Position numbers and translations under genes: made by a program. Under the pieces are notes generated by a model. That model was not told the DNA's origin. It worked only from the letters and a program-made list of their open reading frames with translations, and ran no database searches. From Octopus sinensis (taxonomy: Eukaryota), in NCBI RefSeq assembly GCF_006345805.1, contig NC_043009.1, positions 59,768,001 through 59,832,000 of the forward strand: 64,000 bases of DNA. Reading direction: 5' to 3'. Below are positions 12,981-26,806 of the stretch, piece after piece (position 1 is the stretch's first letter; every line of letters starts with the position of its first letter).

Positions 12981-13159
12981 GGGAGAATTTACAAAAAAAC
13001 TAAAAACGAAGACAGGTGGTGTTGACAACAAACAGATGTATTATTATAATGCTCGGAAAGTAAAAAAGTCTTTAATGTTTCGAGCCTACGCTCTTCCACA
13101 GAAAGAAATGAGAGTAGATAAGAATGTGTAGTGGCTAGCGATCTATCATGGCGAATGCC
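12981..13159 (-). mobile_element. Penelope-like terminal fragment carrying a hammerhead-like motif (13069-13106)
   Basis: About 180-bp family also at 38405-38581 (-) and 40846-41037 (+); contains UCUUU-CUGUGGA-A-GAGC guag GCUC-GAAAC-AUU-AAAGA. Confidence 0.6.
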
Positions 13160-13220
13160 AAATATATATATACACATACATATATATATACTTCTCTTGG
13201 CCTGAGTATGTGTGTACATG

Positions 13221-13268
<48 letters not shown>

Positions 13269-13884
13269 TACAATAACAGAAGGAGCATGCATCTGACAAA
13301 ATTTATAATCAGTTTAACTCTTAAGCATTCAGGTTTCTCTGTCAAATGTAATGCTTATCTATTCACATTGTTTTGAATTAACCATGGATTATCTTGTAGA
13401 TCTGACATTTCAATGATCTGATTATTTGTTTTTTTAGAATAGAACAACATTGGAGGATAGGTGTGAAAGGCAAGGTATGGCCAGTTAGAATATAAAACAG
13501 AAGCTATGTTTTGGCCGGATATGGCAGGTTTAAACACCAAAAAATCAATATGTATGTTTTTAGTCCCCAGGAATATCACTGAGAGGAATTTTAATGAAAT
13601 GTTGCTTAGATAGAAAACAATGCATTCAAGAATGGTAGCAGGAAAGGTTTACCGGGCTTTCCACAAGACGTGCCTCACACAACCTGATTGCTCATTATTT
13701 TCCGCATGAGTGATGTTTATTAGATAAATTATTTTAAGGACCTGTCTTAGAATTCAACAGAACTTTGGTTGAATAGTATTCCTGGGTGTCTTGAACATTG
13801 ATTTAGCTTTATTTACTTCAACATTAAGTTCTTTCAAGCAACTGTTTTAAGTTCATTGACCAATGTATGTATACGTTTGTGTGT

Positions 13885-13921
<37 letters not shown>

Positions 13922-13926
<5 letters not shown>

Positions 13927-14298
13927 GAAATATGTTACAAAAAGAAAATAGAAAATACACGTGGAAATGTAAGGGGAAAATAAGAAAAATCAACGACAAT
14001 GCACATTGTAAATAAAAAAAGAAGAAAAGGCTTTTTATGAAAGGTAACAAGAGATATATACAATTAGATGGACTGAGGTAGTAGTAAAAGTCATTATTAT
14101 GAGATGATTAATATATATAGATATAGATATATTTATACAAACACATGTATACAGTATTCCCTATCTGAGGAACCAGTAATACTTCCAAGGAAATCTAAAG
14201 GAACAACACAGTGAAAAGGTTCAATGAATATATATATATATATGTCTACAAACATACGCATGTGTATGCATAAATGCATGTATAACTGTGTACATAAA

Positions 14299-14342
<44 letters not shown>

Positions 14343-15600
14343 GATATATGCATAGATATATATATGTGTATCTACGTATATAAAAGTATACACACATATA
14401 TACACACATACATATATATAGATATATATATATATATATATATAGATATTATATTCATCTGTATATACATGTAGGTATATAAATATATTTAAATATAATC
14501 ATTTTATACATATACCAACATATATATATATATAAACCTATATATACAGATATATATTGCTCTAAGACTATGTATGTATATATAAAATTTGTATATGTGA
14601 GTGTGTTTGTATGTATGTAGATATATATGTGTGTGTGTGTGTGTGCACATATTTGTATATATGTATGTCAGAATTTACAAACAACAGAAGAAAATTATTC
14701 AATACATGTCGCTTAATCCATGTAGTGGTGGCATTTATTCATTTACGTCTAAATCGAGGCATTGCTACTGTTAGTTTCACCTTTCTCTTATTTCTGCTCG
14801 TTTATCCTGAAGAGCAGAAATAGGGGAAACTCTGTATCACGAGTGAGTAAGCGAGGCCACAACATGGAATATATATATCAATGTATGCATATGAAAGTGT
14901 GCATTTCTCTCTTTGTGTATGTGTGTTTATATGCGCTTGTGCAAATGTGGACGCATGAAGTTCGATGCAGGGCGAGATTGAGAAAATGGTCTTTTGTAGA
15001 ATTTTAAACCAATAAAAGATAATAAAAAACCAAAAAACAAATAAAAATTTTGAAATGCCTATTGTTGCTCTCCTGTGCTCTTATATGTCTTGTTGACTAA
15101 TGTAATCCCCTGTATCCATGTTATATCATGATGGGTTTGTCATTTCTCAGGAGATGAAAAATTTATACGTATACATATATAAATATATATATATATATTA
15201 TATATATATGTATATATATATATATAGAAGAAATATGTTACAAAAAGAAAATAGAAAATACACGTGGAAATGTAAGGGGAAAATAAGAAAAATCAACGAC
15301 AATGCACATTGTAAATAAAAAAAGAAGAAAAGGCTTTTTATGAAAGGTAACAAGAGATATATACAATTAGATGGACTGAGGTAGTAGTAAAAGTCATTAT
15401 TATGAGATGATTAAATATATATAGATATAGATATATTTATACAAACACATGTATACAGTATTCCCTATCTGAGGAACCAGTAATACTTCCAAGGAAATCT
15501 AAAGGAACAACACAGTGAAAAGGTTCAATGAATATATATATATATGTCTACAAACATACGCATGTGTATGCATAAATGCATGTATAACTGTGTACATAAA

Positions 15601-15634
<34 letters not shown>

Positions 15635-16469
15635 GACAGATATATGCATAGATATATATATGTGTATCTACGTATATACAAGTATACACACATATATACA
15701 CACATACATATATATAGATATATATATATATATAGATATTATATTCATCTGTATATACATGTAGGTATATAAATATATTTAAATATAATCATTTTATACA
15801 TATACCAACATATATATATATATAAACCTATATATACAGATATATATTGCTCTAAGACTATGTATGTATATATAAAATTTGTATATGTGAGTGTGTTTGT
15901 ATGTATGTAGATATATATGTGTGTGTGTGTGTGCACATATTTGTATATATGTATGTCAGAATTTACAAACAACAGAAGAAAATTATTCAATACATGTCGC
16001 TTAATCCATGTAGTGGTGGCATTTATTCATTTACGTCTAAATCGAGGCATTGCTACTGTTAGTTTCACCTTTCTCTTATTTCTGCTCGTTTATCCTGAAG
16101 AGCAGAAATAGGGGAAACTCTGTATCACGAGTGAGTAAGCGAGGCCACAACATGGAATATATATATCAATGTATGCATATGAAAGTGTGCATTTCTCTCT
16201 TTGTGTATGTGTGTTTATATGCGCTTGTGCAAATGTGGACGCATGAAGTTCGATGCAGGGCGAGATTGAGAAAATGGTCTTTTGTAGAATTTTAAACCAA
16301 TAAAAGATAATAAAAAACCAAAAAACAATAAAAATTTTGAAATGCCTATTGTTGCTCTCCTGTGCTCTTATATGTCTTGTTGACTAATGTAATCCCCTGT
16401 ATCCATGTTATATCATGATGGGTTTGTCATTTCTCAGGAGATGAAAAATTTATACGTATACATATATAA

Positions 16470-16480
<11 letters not shown>
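13922..16480. repeat. About 1.29-kb near-identical tandem duplication (approx. 13922-15224 / 15225-16480)
   Basis: Unique text (tagaagaaatatgttac...gatgaaaaatttatacg) repeated at offset about 1287-1303; the differences I saw were mainly microsatellite lengths and single-base changes; junctions lie in (TA)n. Confidence 0.95.
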
Positions 16481-16504
<24 letters not shown>

Positions 16505-16741
16505 TATACAAATATATGTACATATATATGTGTGTATATATATATATTATATATATATATATATGATCTGTTTTATTATTGTTTTTATTTCCCCTCAGTT
16601 TATCATATATTTTATTTTTATTTCTATCGTTATTATTATTATTATTATTATCATTATTATTATCATTATCATTATTATGATTATTATTATTGTTATCACC
16701 ATTGCTACTACTGCTACTACATCTACGACGACGACTATTAC

Positions 16742-16783
<42 letters not shown>

Positions 16784-18493
16784 TGTTACAATTATTTTGG
16801 TTTAAGATTATGAAAACAAAAAAACATTTTGTGTGATTATCTGTGTATATAAATATATATATGTATGCATGTTATATGAATATGCGTGTTTGCTTGTGCA
16901 CATATATATATATATGTATATATATTCGTGCGTAGTTTCTTGTATATATATACTTAGAAGCGTGTATGTGTGTATATCCATGGATGAGTGTGTGTGTATG
17001 TATGTTTGTGTGAGTATGCATACTTCAATACTTACATAAGAGTGTGTATAGATAAATAAAATAAACACTGACCTCCTTATATTTATACACACCAGTATGC
17101 CTATGTGTGTATATATATATATATATATGTGTATGTATGTGTATATACATGTATATATAATCTCCATAAGTATGCATGCTCCTCTGCATGTAAGTGTATG
17201 TGTGTATGGGTCTATGTTACCCCAGCCCACCTCCACAAAAATTGGAAAAAAATATGAAATGAAAATTATAAAAATAAATTTTAAGCAATTTATAACAATT
17301 ATCTTTTTTTCCTCTTATTATTTCATTTCATTTCACATCTCAGCAATATTTCTTTCTTCTTTTATTTATTTTTTGAAATAAAGATGTTCATTTTTTCTTT
17401 CTTTTTCTTTTCTTTTTTCCCTTTTTTTTCTTGAAAATTCTAAGTTTTTCACTTTTACAAATGCATACACACATACATATATACCCATGTATCCATAATC
17501 TTACGGATGATACAAATATAGTTTTTAAGTGGCCCCTTATGGACCTGTAACCATTACATTTCATCACATGTCAAAGGATACCTATTTCTTTACTACCCAC
17601 AAGGGGCTGAACACAGAGAAGACAAACAAGGACAGACAAATGGATTAAGTCAATTATATCGACCCCAGTGCATAACTGGTACTTAATTTATCGACCCTGA
17701 AAGGATCAAAGGCAAAGTCGACCTTGGCGGAATTTGAACTCAGAACATAGCGGCAGACGAAATACCGCTAAGCATTTCACACGGCGTGCTAATGTTTCTG
17801 CCATCTTGCCGCCTATGTCAAAAGATACCACCATCATCATCATTATCATTTAACATCTGTTATCCATGGGTTGGATGGTTTGGCTAGGGCTGGTAAGCTG
17901 AGGGGCTGCATCAGACTCCAGTCTGATTTAGCATGGTTTTCTACAGCTGGATGCCCTTTCTAACGCCAACCACTCCAAGAGCGTAATGGGAGCTTTTACA
18001 TGTCACCTGTGCTGCTGGCACAGGTGCCAGTTGGATGACACCAGTATCTGCCATGACTACGATTTCATTTGGCTTGATGGGTCTTCTACCCAAGTGCAGC
18101 ATTTCATCAAGGGTCTCAGTCATTTGTCATTCCCTCCATGAGGCCCAACACTCAAATCATGCTTTTTACGTGCCACTGGCACAGGTGCAAGTTACGTGAC
18201 ACCAGTATTGGCCATGACAAAACAACACCGAACCCTTAAAACCTCCAAGATTTGGCTGAAATTGACAAATATCTTCTATCTTTTACTTGCTTCAGTCATT
18301 AGACTGTGGCCATTCTGGAGCACTGCCTTGAAGAATTCTTTAAGTCGAATGAATTGAGTCCATTACTTGTTTCTTTTTTAAGCCTGGCACTTATTCTATC
18401 AATCTCTTTTACTGAACTACTAAGTTGAGGGCACCTACACTATCTGTCAAGTGGTGGTGGAAGAATCAACGCAGACACACACTCACATATATG

Positions 18494-18527
<34 letters not shown>

Positions 18528-19415
18528 ATGGGTTTCTTTCAGTTTCCTACTTTCAAATTCGCTCACAAGGCTTTGGTAAAAGACACTTACCCAAGGTGCC
18601 ATGTGCTAGAACTGAACCTGGAATGATGTGGTTGGGAAGCTAACTTCTTATTTCTTTATTCCCTACAAGGGGCTAAACATAGAGGGGACAGACAAAGGGA
18701 TTAAGCCGATTACATCAACCTCAGTGCATAACTGGTACTTTATTTATCGAACCCAAAAGGATGAAAGGCAAAATCGACCTCGGTGGAATTTGAAATCAGA
18801 GCATAACAGCAGACAAAATACTGCTAAGCATTTCGGCCGGCATGCTAACGTTTTGGCCAGCTCGCTACCTTATATTTGTACACACAGGTACGCTTATGTG
18901 TGTGTGTATATATATATACACGCTCACACTTCTTACCACACCTGCACCTGTAAGTATGTCATATTTCTGTGTAAGAAATTATTCACATGATCAGCATTTG
19001 CCCCAAAATACCTATTTCTTTACTACTCACAAGGGGCTAAATGCAGAGGGGACAGACAAACAGATTAAGTCGATTATATCGACCCCAGTGCATAACTGGT
19101 ACTTATTTAATCAACCCCGAAAGGATGAAAGGCAAAGTCGACCTCGGCGGAATTTGAACTCAGAACTTAACAGCAGACGAAATACGGCTACACATTTCGG
19201 AATTTGAACTCAGAACGCAGCAGCGGATGAAATACCACAAAGCATTTTGTCCGGCGTGCTAACGTTTCTGCCAGCTCACCTCCAAAATACCTTTAAGATT
19301 TTACTTTCCAATGAAGTGTTTTCTTGTTGCTGTTGATAAAACAATACTCAATGCTAACCATAATTTAAACAGACTGCCTTGGGATAGATATGGAGGAAAC
19401 CCCTGTTATTGACTA

Positions 19416-19917
19416 CCGTAAATCCTTAAGTATATCCACATTTTTTCCCCAAATTTAAAGGTCAAAATCCCCAGTGCGTACCATATACGAAGTTTAAAAG
19501 GAAAATTATTTTCTAAGCAATGTCCGAGTCTCTATTTGCTGTCCAGCAATGTTTATTCAGATGCATTTTGTGATGTTGGACACTAAAATACCTTAAGCTA
19601 AGCCTGAAAGCAATGAAGTCATAAAAGAATCATCCATAACTTGCAGTAAGCGACAGTTATTAAACGTTATTACTGTTATTACTGTTATTTCTTTATTTTC
19701 TGCAAACAAAATGCACAAAAAAGCTACACGTTTGCATTATGTTATATATACAATAATAATAAAGGACGTTACCGTATACAGTTTTACAAACCAAGGACGT
19801 TATATAGACGTCCTTGACTCAAGTTAGAGAAGGGGTGTGTATTATACACAAGGTCTAGATTTTTCAGAGGTACAGCCCCTTAAAGATCCTCTGCGTATTA
19901 TACTCGAGGATTTACAG
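19416..19917. mobile_element. Non-autonomous pogo/Tigger-like DNA transposon
   Basis: TA|CCGTAAATCCTTAAGTATA ... TATACTCGAGGATTTACAG|TA terminal inverted repeats with TA duplication; superfamily is inferred. Confidence 0.7.
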
Positions 19918-20944
19918 TACATATATAAACTCAGGTGCATGACCAAGGGGTAAACATTGCACTAACAGTCACAAGATCATGGCTTTGATTGCTGGACCAA
20001 GCAATGCACTATGTTCTTGAACAAGACACTTCATTTCACATTGCTCTGCAATCACTTCAACTATCAGACCTGTGGTACACCATAGACCTGTACATGTAGT
20101 GTCAATTTGATGGAAGGAATGAACTAATGTACATCACAAATATTTGATCAATGTAAACAAATTATCAGAACATGTTCAGCAAAAAATTTGCAAAGCTCAG
20201 GAGTGGCTGTGCGATAAGTAGCATGCTTACCAACTACATGGTCCTGGGGGTCAGTCCCACTGCATGGCACCTTGGGCATGTGCCTTCTATTATAGCCTCA
20301 GGCCAACCGAAGCCATGTGAGTGGATTTTCATAGAGGGAAACTGAAAGAAGCCCAATGTATATATATATATATATGTATCAGTTTGTGTGTCTGTATTTG
20401 TACTCCACCATTGTTTGACAACCGATGTTGGTGTGCTTATGTCCCTGTAACTTAGCAGTTCAGCAAAAGAGACTGATATGTATATATATATATGGATATA
20501 GATATATATATATATCGATATATATATAAATAAGTATATATATATGGATATATATATATATAGATAGATAGATATATATGTATATATATATATATATAAA
20601 TATCTATATATATAAACGACAAAATGTCTGTGTGTGTGTCCTTTATACAAATCCACAATTTTTCAGTTAGAGGGCTCGCACTTTCTATGGTTATTCAAAA
20701 CCATCCAAAGATGGTCGTGCACATCTTTACATTTCCCCAGTCACCCCGCAAAGCCATTAAAAAATCAACAGAAGTGAATTTTTTGTGAATTTTCTATACA
20801 AAACCCAATCAAAATGCCCGAAACTTGATACGCCAGTTGAATGTCAGCCAACTGTATGTGATTGGTCGGAGATTTGGACATTAATTGCGTGTATGTGTGC
20901 ATGCATGCAGCTGTATATGCATGCATTAGCACTATGACCCGGCG

Positions 20945-20975
<31 letters not shown>

Positions 20976-21486
20976 TTGTATATATATATATATGTATGTA
21001 TATATATATGTATGTATATGTATATTTATATGTATGTATATATATATGTATGTATACATATATATGTATATAGATATATATGTATGTTTGTATATATATA
21101 TATATATATGGACATCAATTCAAGGAATATTCTCTTCAAAATCTTGGTATAAAAATAGAAAGGTTTAATTATAGCTGTTTGAAAGAGAAAAACAAAAATT
21201 GTGTACAGTCGTAGAAACCAACTGCTTTACAGATGTGAGCATTGTTTAAAACCACGCTGATGATCATCATTTACCATCATTGTGTTAATTTCCACTCTTC
21301 CATGTTTGCATGCATCAGAAGACATTCATTGAGGCAGATATTCTACAACTGGATGCCCTTCCTGTCGCCAATCCTCACTTGTTTCCAGGCAAGCTAATAT
21401 ATTCCCATCACCAAATACGTTTGGAAGGAAGATTAAGAAAGTAGGTGGCGCTACTTTATCACTTCCACACTTTGTTAAATGGAAAT

Positions 21487-21870
21487 GGAAGCACTCCGTC
21501 GGTTACGACGATGAGGGTTCCGGTTGATCCGAATCAACGGAACAGCCTGCTCGTGAAATTAACGTGTAAGTGGCTGAGCACTCCACAGACACGTGTACCC
21601 TTAACGTAGTTCTCGGGGATATTCAGCGTGACACAGAGAGTGACAAGGCCGGCCCTTTGAAATACAGGTACAACAGAAACAGGAAGTAAGAGTGAGAGAA
21701 AGTTGTGGTGAAAGAGTACAGCAGGGATCACCACCATCCCCTGCCGGAGCCTCGTGGAGCTTTAGGTGTTTTCGCTCAATAAACACTCACAACACCCGGT
21801 CTGGGAATCGAAACCGCGATCCTACGACCGCGAGTCCGCTGCCCTAACCACTGGGCCATTGCGCCTCCAC
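21487..21870 (-). mobile_element. SINE family B (my label), full-length
   Basis: Head ggcgcaatggcccagtggttagggcagcggactcgcggtcgtaggatcgcggtttcgattccc (A/B boxes). Related heads at 25448-25753, 26339-26644, 37172-37460 (-), 42563-42875, 27436-27650, 4150-4460 (+). Confidence 0.8.
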
Positions 21871-22286
21871 ACTTTGTTAAAACAAGAAAGTTCAAACACA
21901 TCTCACTGGATTCCTTTCAGTTCTGTCTTCAAAATCCACTCACAAGGCTTTGAGGGGCCCAGAACTATTACAGAAGACACTTGCCTACAGTGGCATACAG
22001 TGAGACTGAACCCAGAACCGTGTGGTTGCATAGCAAGATGCTTAAGATAATATTTGCATACAGCTGTTTCGAAACATAAACATTTCTATCCTGATTATAA
22101 ATACACATTTGTACCAATAATTTTTGGTACACCTGGTTATGCTAGTAAATGTCAAAATGCCATCTCTAAATGCTAGAGTATTCAAATAAATAAAGCAACT
22201 GACTAACATACACCTTGCAAATATTATTTGTAAGTGGAACAATATAAAGTTCACTATGTAATATGCACTGTGGTTTTTATCCAATT

Positions 22287-22712
22287 CCAGTGGTTTCTCG
22301 CTCATAAGGGGTTTAGCCTTATGGCATATCTTCAGACCCCAAACACTAATGGCCTAATACCTCTTTAAAAATTGGAGGGATAAAAGCCTCGTTTTTAAGG
22401 GTAAAACCATAGGTGATTATCTCCCTTTGCAATTGTCCATTGATCTTCAGCTGTGCTGCCATCTTGGTGGTCACCAAAGCACCACGAAGGTAAGCGATTG
22501 TCTCCCTTCAGCTTTGGTTATTGGCTTCCAGCTGTGGTGCTGCCATGTAGATTCCAAAAAGGGATTCCAATGGCAAAGGGAGATAATCACCTAGGGTTTT
22601 ACCCTTTAAAACGAGGCTTTTCCTCCTCCTTATTTTATAGAGGTCTCAGACCATCAGTGTTTGGGGTCTGAAGATATGCCACATGGCATATCTTGTGAGT
22701 GATAAGCCCTGG
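22287..22712. mobile_element. Fold-back element/MITE with TIRs over 110 bp
   Basis: 22322-22435 is the reverse complement of 22568-22681 with scattered mismatches; looser similarity extends to about 22287/22712. No clear TSD. Confidence 0.75.
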
Positions 22713-22868
22713 GTAACCCCATAAACTGGCCTGTCCCACTATAATATACATATATATATATTTGAACAGTGAAGCTCAAATCAAATAGAATCTCTGACTT
22801 TTCTCATCCAAAGTTTTTTTTAACCCAATATTTACACAGTTTCCATCTGCAAAGTAATTCTCAACATA

Positions 22869-23270
22869 GGTGCAGGAGTGGCTTTGTGGTAAGTAGCTTG
22901 CTTACAAACCACATGGTTCCGGGTTCAGTCCCACTGTGTGGCATCTTGGGCAAGTGTCTTCTACTATAGCCTCGGGCCGACCAAAGCCTTGTGAGTGGAT
23001 TTGGTAGATGGAAACTCAAAGAAGCCCATCATATATATGTATATATATATGTGTGTGTATGTTTGTGTGTCTGTGTTTGTCCCCCTAGCATTGCTTGACA
23101 ACCGATGCTGGTGTGTTTATGTCCCCGTCACTTAGCGGTTCGGCAAGAGAGACCAATTGAATAAGTACTGGGCTTACAAAGAATAAGTCCCGGGGGTCGA
23201 TTTGTTCGACTAAAAGCGGTGCTCCAGCGTGGCCACAGTCAAATGACTGAAACAAGTAAAAGAGTAAAAG
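22869..23270 (+). mobile_element. SINE family A
   Basis: Colinear with 59542-59952. Confidence 0.85.
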
Positions 23271-24309
23271 AATATTGATTAACCTGAGGATATAGTAGAG
23301 GACTCTTGATTCAAAGTGCTGCACAGTGGGACTGAACCAGAAACCAAGTGATTACAAAGCAAGCTTCTTAACCACACAACCAAGCTTGCAGTTTTTCTTT
23401 CATTTTCTTTCTTTTTTTTTCAGACATTAATTTTTTTCTCTTATGGTCAGGTGTGATTTGAAAAAGATTTTCTTGATACTATCTCTAGAAACCACAAAGT
23501 GTTTCTATGGTGGTAGTCACCACTAAACACAGGTAAACGTCCTCAGAAAACCAAAACAGTATCATAGTTTCAATACCACGTTACAGCCACTTCACTTCAC
23601 AGTATTAACCCTCAAATGGTAAGGTATAATAGTCAATTAATCTTAAGCAAGTGAATCAACAATACATCCTCATGACCAATACTGATGTTATAGCGACCCT
23701 GATGGATTGATCGACAAGATTGATTTCATCTGGAATTGAACTCAAAATCAAACAGTATTTCGGTGAAATAAATATTTTCTTCTTTTTAAGAAAATGAAAA
23801 GAAATGATGAAATAAAAAAGGAAAAAATATTGGTTTAATAAAAATGGGGAAAATATTTGATTTATTATTATTATTATCATTATTATTATTATTATTATTG
23901 ACAATAATGTTTTCTGACTTTGGTATGAGGCCACAAATGTGGAAGAGTATAGTTCGTTTGGTAGATTTTAGGTTCTTGACTGGTAAATACACAGGCACAC
24001 ATTATACATGTATATCTCATGTATATATGTATGTATATGGTTTTATATATATGTGTGTGTGTATGATATTTATATATTGATACATACATTATATATATGA
24101 CAGAAGGTCAAAGAGGAAGTATACCTTGGTGTGAGTTTTGATGCAGAAAATATTTTTGAAAATGAGGATAAAATTAAGAATAAAGGGAACACAACTAGCA
24201 TAACAAATTAATAATGATTTAGTAAGGTAGGATAGGGGTTAGTCACCTGCTTATTATTATTTAATACAAATGTACTTGTGCAACAGAGAGCTAGTGTTTG
24301 AGAAAGAAG

Positions 24310-24600
24310 TTAAGCATAAAAGGAATTAGATGCAGTGTGCTGGTTTGGTTATGTGATGCAGATGGATGCCAACAGCTCCATAAAGAAGTACCGATCTCTC
24401 CAAGTGGATGGAACTTGTGGAAGATGGAGATCCAGGAAGACATGGGATGAAGTACTGAAAGGTGACCTTAGAATACTGACAAGATGACAAAGAACTGAGA
24501 AACTTGGTGCCTTGCTGTATTTAAGAAGATTTGCCCTCCACAGCAGAAGTGTTAAGACTGCATCTACAGGTGAGGAGGAGGGGCCTACAAGGGTCCTCCT
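24310..24600 (+). mobile_element. RTE-clade LINE 3' fragment, decayed
   Basis: 24341-24478 translates WFGYVMQMDANSSIKKYRSLQVDGTCGRWRSRKTWDEVLKGDLRIL, matching the RTE motif WFGHV.RM...RGRPRKTW. Confidence 0.8.
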
Positions 24601-25139
24601 GTGCACAGGTGTAAAATTAGAAAGTACATCAGAGTAAAACCTTCACACTCTCTTACCTCTTACATATATGTATGTATATGCACATGTATATGTATGCATG
24701 TGTTATGTATGTGTGCATATGCATGTATATGTATGTGTGTGTGTTTATATGTGTGTGTGTATATGTGCATGTATATATGTGTGTATATATGTGTGTGTGC
24801 ATGTGCATGTATATGTATGTGCGTGTTGTGTGTGTATGTGTGTGTGTATGCGAGCATGTATATGTGCGTGTGTGCATGTGTGTATATATATATCTGTATG
24901 TATGTGTACATGTGTGTGTATATGCATGTGTATGTTTATATGTGTGTGTGTGTTGGGTTGTGTGTAGCTCTGTGGTAAGAAGCTTGCTTCCCAACCACAT
25001 AGTTCCGGATTCTGTCACATTGAGTGGCACCTTGGACAAGTTTCTTCTGCTATAACCCCAGGCCCACCAAAATGAGGGCCACATCAACATTTCCCAGAAG
25101 TCATGTATCTTATAAGCTTACTAATAATTCTAAGAATAT

Positions 25140-25325
25140 TTAGACACTTCTGCTAGATTTATCCTTTGTGAGTGTGATGTAGGCACTTTGAATGGTAATG
25201 AATTGTTTACTAGCAATTTCCTTCATTTTGGGGTCTTGGTGTCTGTCAGGGTGCCATTCCTTGACCAGTTTTCTGTAACTGCTTTTGATTTCTTGCAAAG
25301 AGGCGTTATGATGTAAACCAAGTAC
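25140..25325 (-). CDS. DNAJC22: Second, identical-translating copy of DNAJC22 exon 3 with its own intact acceptor
   Basis: Same 186-nt exon and acceptor 895 bp downstream in the gene's direction. Lies in a tandem duplication; a real duplicate or an assembly artefact. Confidence 0.55.
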   Translation of the reverse strand, partial: VLGLHHNASLQEIKSSYRKLVKEWHPDRHQDPKMKEIASKQFITIQSAYITLTKDKSSRSV

Positions 25326-25771
25326 CTGTTCCAAAAGAAAAAAAATAAATAAATAAGCAAGTATATAGACATGTATGGATGTGTGCATGTATACATGTGT
25401 GTGTATGTGTGTGTACGTGTGCGTGTGTTTGTATATATATATATATCAGTGTGATCACTGTGACCGACTAGGCTATCAGATGTTGCTACACATCGCTGGT
25501 CATAATGTGCTTCGCATTGTTTTAGCTTTCAAGTGACGCCATCCCGCTGGCTAAGCGAGCAGGCCAACAGAAGAAAGAGAGAAAGTTGTGGCAAAAGAGT
25601 ACAGCAGGGATCGCCACCACCCCCTGCCGGAGCCTCGAGGAACTTTAGGTGTTTTCGCTCAATAAACACTCACAACGCCCGGTCTGGGAGTCGAAACCTC
25701 GATCCTACAACTGCGAGTCCGCTGCCTTAACCACTGGGTCATTGTGCCTCCACACACACAGACACACACAC

Positions 25772-25818
<47 letters not shown>

Positions 25819-26034
25819 TAAATATATATATATATGTGTGTGTGTGTGTTGGGTTGTGTGTAGCTCTGTGGTAAGAAGCTTGCTTCCCAACCACATAGTT
25901 CCGGATTCTGTCACATTGAGTGGCACCTTGGACAAGTTTCTTCTGCTATAACCCCAGGCCCACCAAAATGAGGGCCACATCAACATTTCCCAGAAGTCAT
26001 GTATCTTATAAGCTTACTAATAATCTAAGAATAT

Positions 26035-26220
26035 TTAGACACTTCTGCTAGATTTATCCTTTGTGAGTGTGATGTAGGCACTTTGAATGGTAATGAATTG
26101 TTTACTAGCAATTTCCTTCATTTTGGGGTCTTGGTGTCTGTCAGGGTGCCATTCCTTGACCAGTTTTCTGTAACTGCTTTTGATTTCTTGCAAAGAGGCG
26201 TTATGATGTAAACCAAGTAC
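26035..26220 (-). CDS. DNAJC22: DNAJC22 coding exon 3 (J domain with HPD motif, stop codon)
   Basis: Acceptor ttttggaacag|GTA CTT GGT (phase 0); VLGLHHNASLQEIKSSYRKLVKEWHPDRH...FITIQSAYITL; TAA at 26035-26037. Total 388+470+186=1044 nt = 347 aa plus stop. Confidence 0.92.
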   Translation of the reverse strand, partial: VLGLHHNASLQEIKSSYRKLVKEWHPDRHQDPKMKEIASKQFITIQSAYITLTKDKSSRSV

Positions 26221-26675
26221 CTGTTCCAAAAGAAAAAAATAAATAAATAAGCAAGTATATAGACATGTATGGATGTGTGCATGTATACATGTGTGTGTAT
26301 GTGTGTGTACGTGTGCGTGTGTTTGTATATATATATATCAGTGTGATCACTGTGACCGACTAGGCTATCAGATGTTGCTACACATCGCTGGTCATAATGT
26401 GCTTCGCATTGTTTTAGCTTTCAAGTGACGCCATCCCGCTGGCTAAGCGAGCAGGCCAACAGAAGAAAGAGAGAAAGTTGTGGCAAAAGAGTACAGCAGG
26501 GATCGCCACCACCCCCTGTCGGAGCTTCGAGGAACTTTAGGTGTTTTCGCTCAATAAACACTCACAACGCCCGGTCTGGGAGTCGAAACCTCGATCCTAC
26601 AACTGCGAGTCCGCTGCCTTAACCACTGGGTCATTGTGCCTCCACACACACAGACACACACACACACATACATAC

Positions 26676-26713
<38 letters not shown>

Positions 26714-26716
26714 TAA

Positions 26717-26806
<90 letters not shown>

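Larger units (their letters stand above)
24951..26745. repeat. About 0.9-kb near-identical tandem duplication (approx. 24951-25846 / 25847-26745)
   Basis: SINE head, exon 3, intron and SINE-B block repeated at offset 892-896. Differences seen: aataattct/aataatct, A8/A7, cctgccggagcctcg/cctgtcggagcttcg, microsatellite lengths. Confidence 0.95.

Noticed and set aside
14788-14840. CTGAAGA...GAAAC hammerhead-like spacing (also in the duplicate near 16095)
   Set aside because: No stem II or stem I pairing in these copies; only a local hairpin. Possibly a decayed relic, but not supportable.
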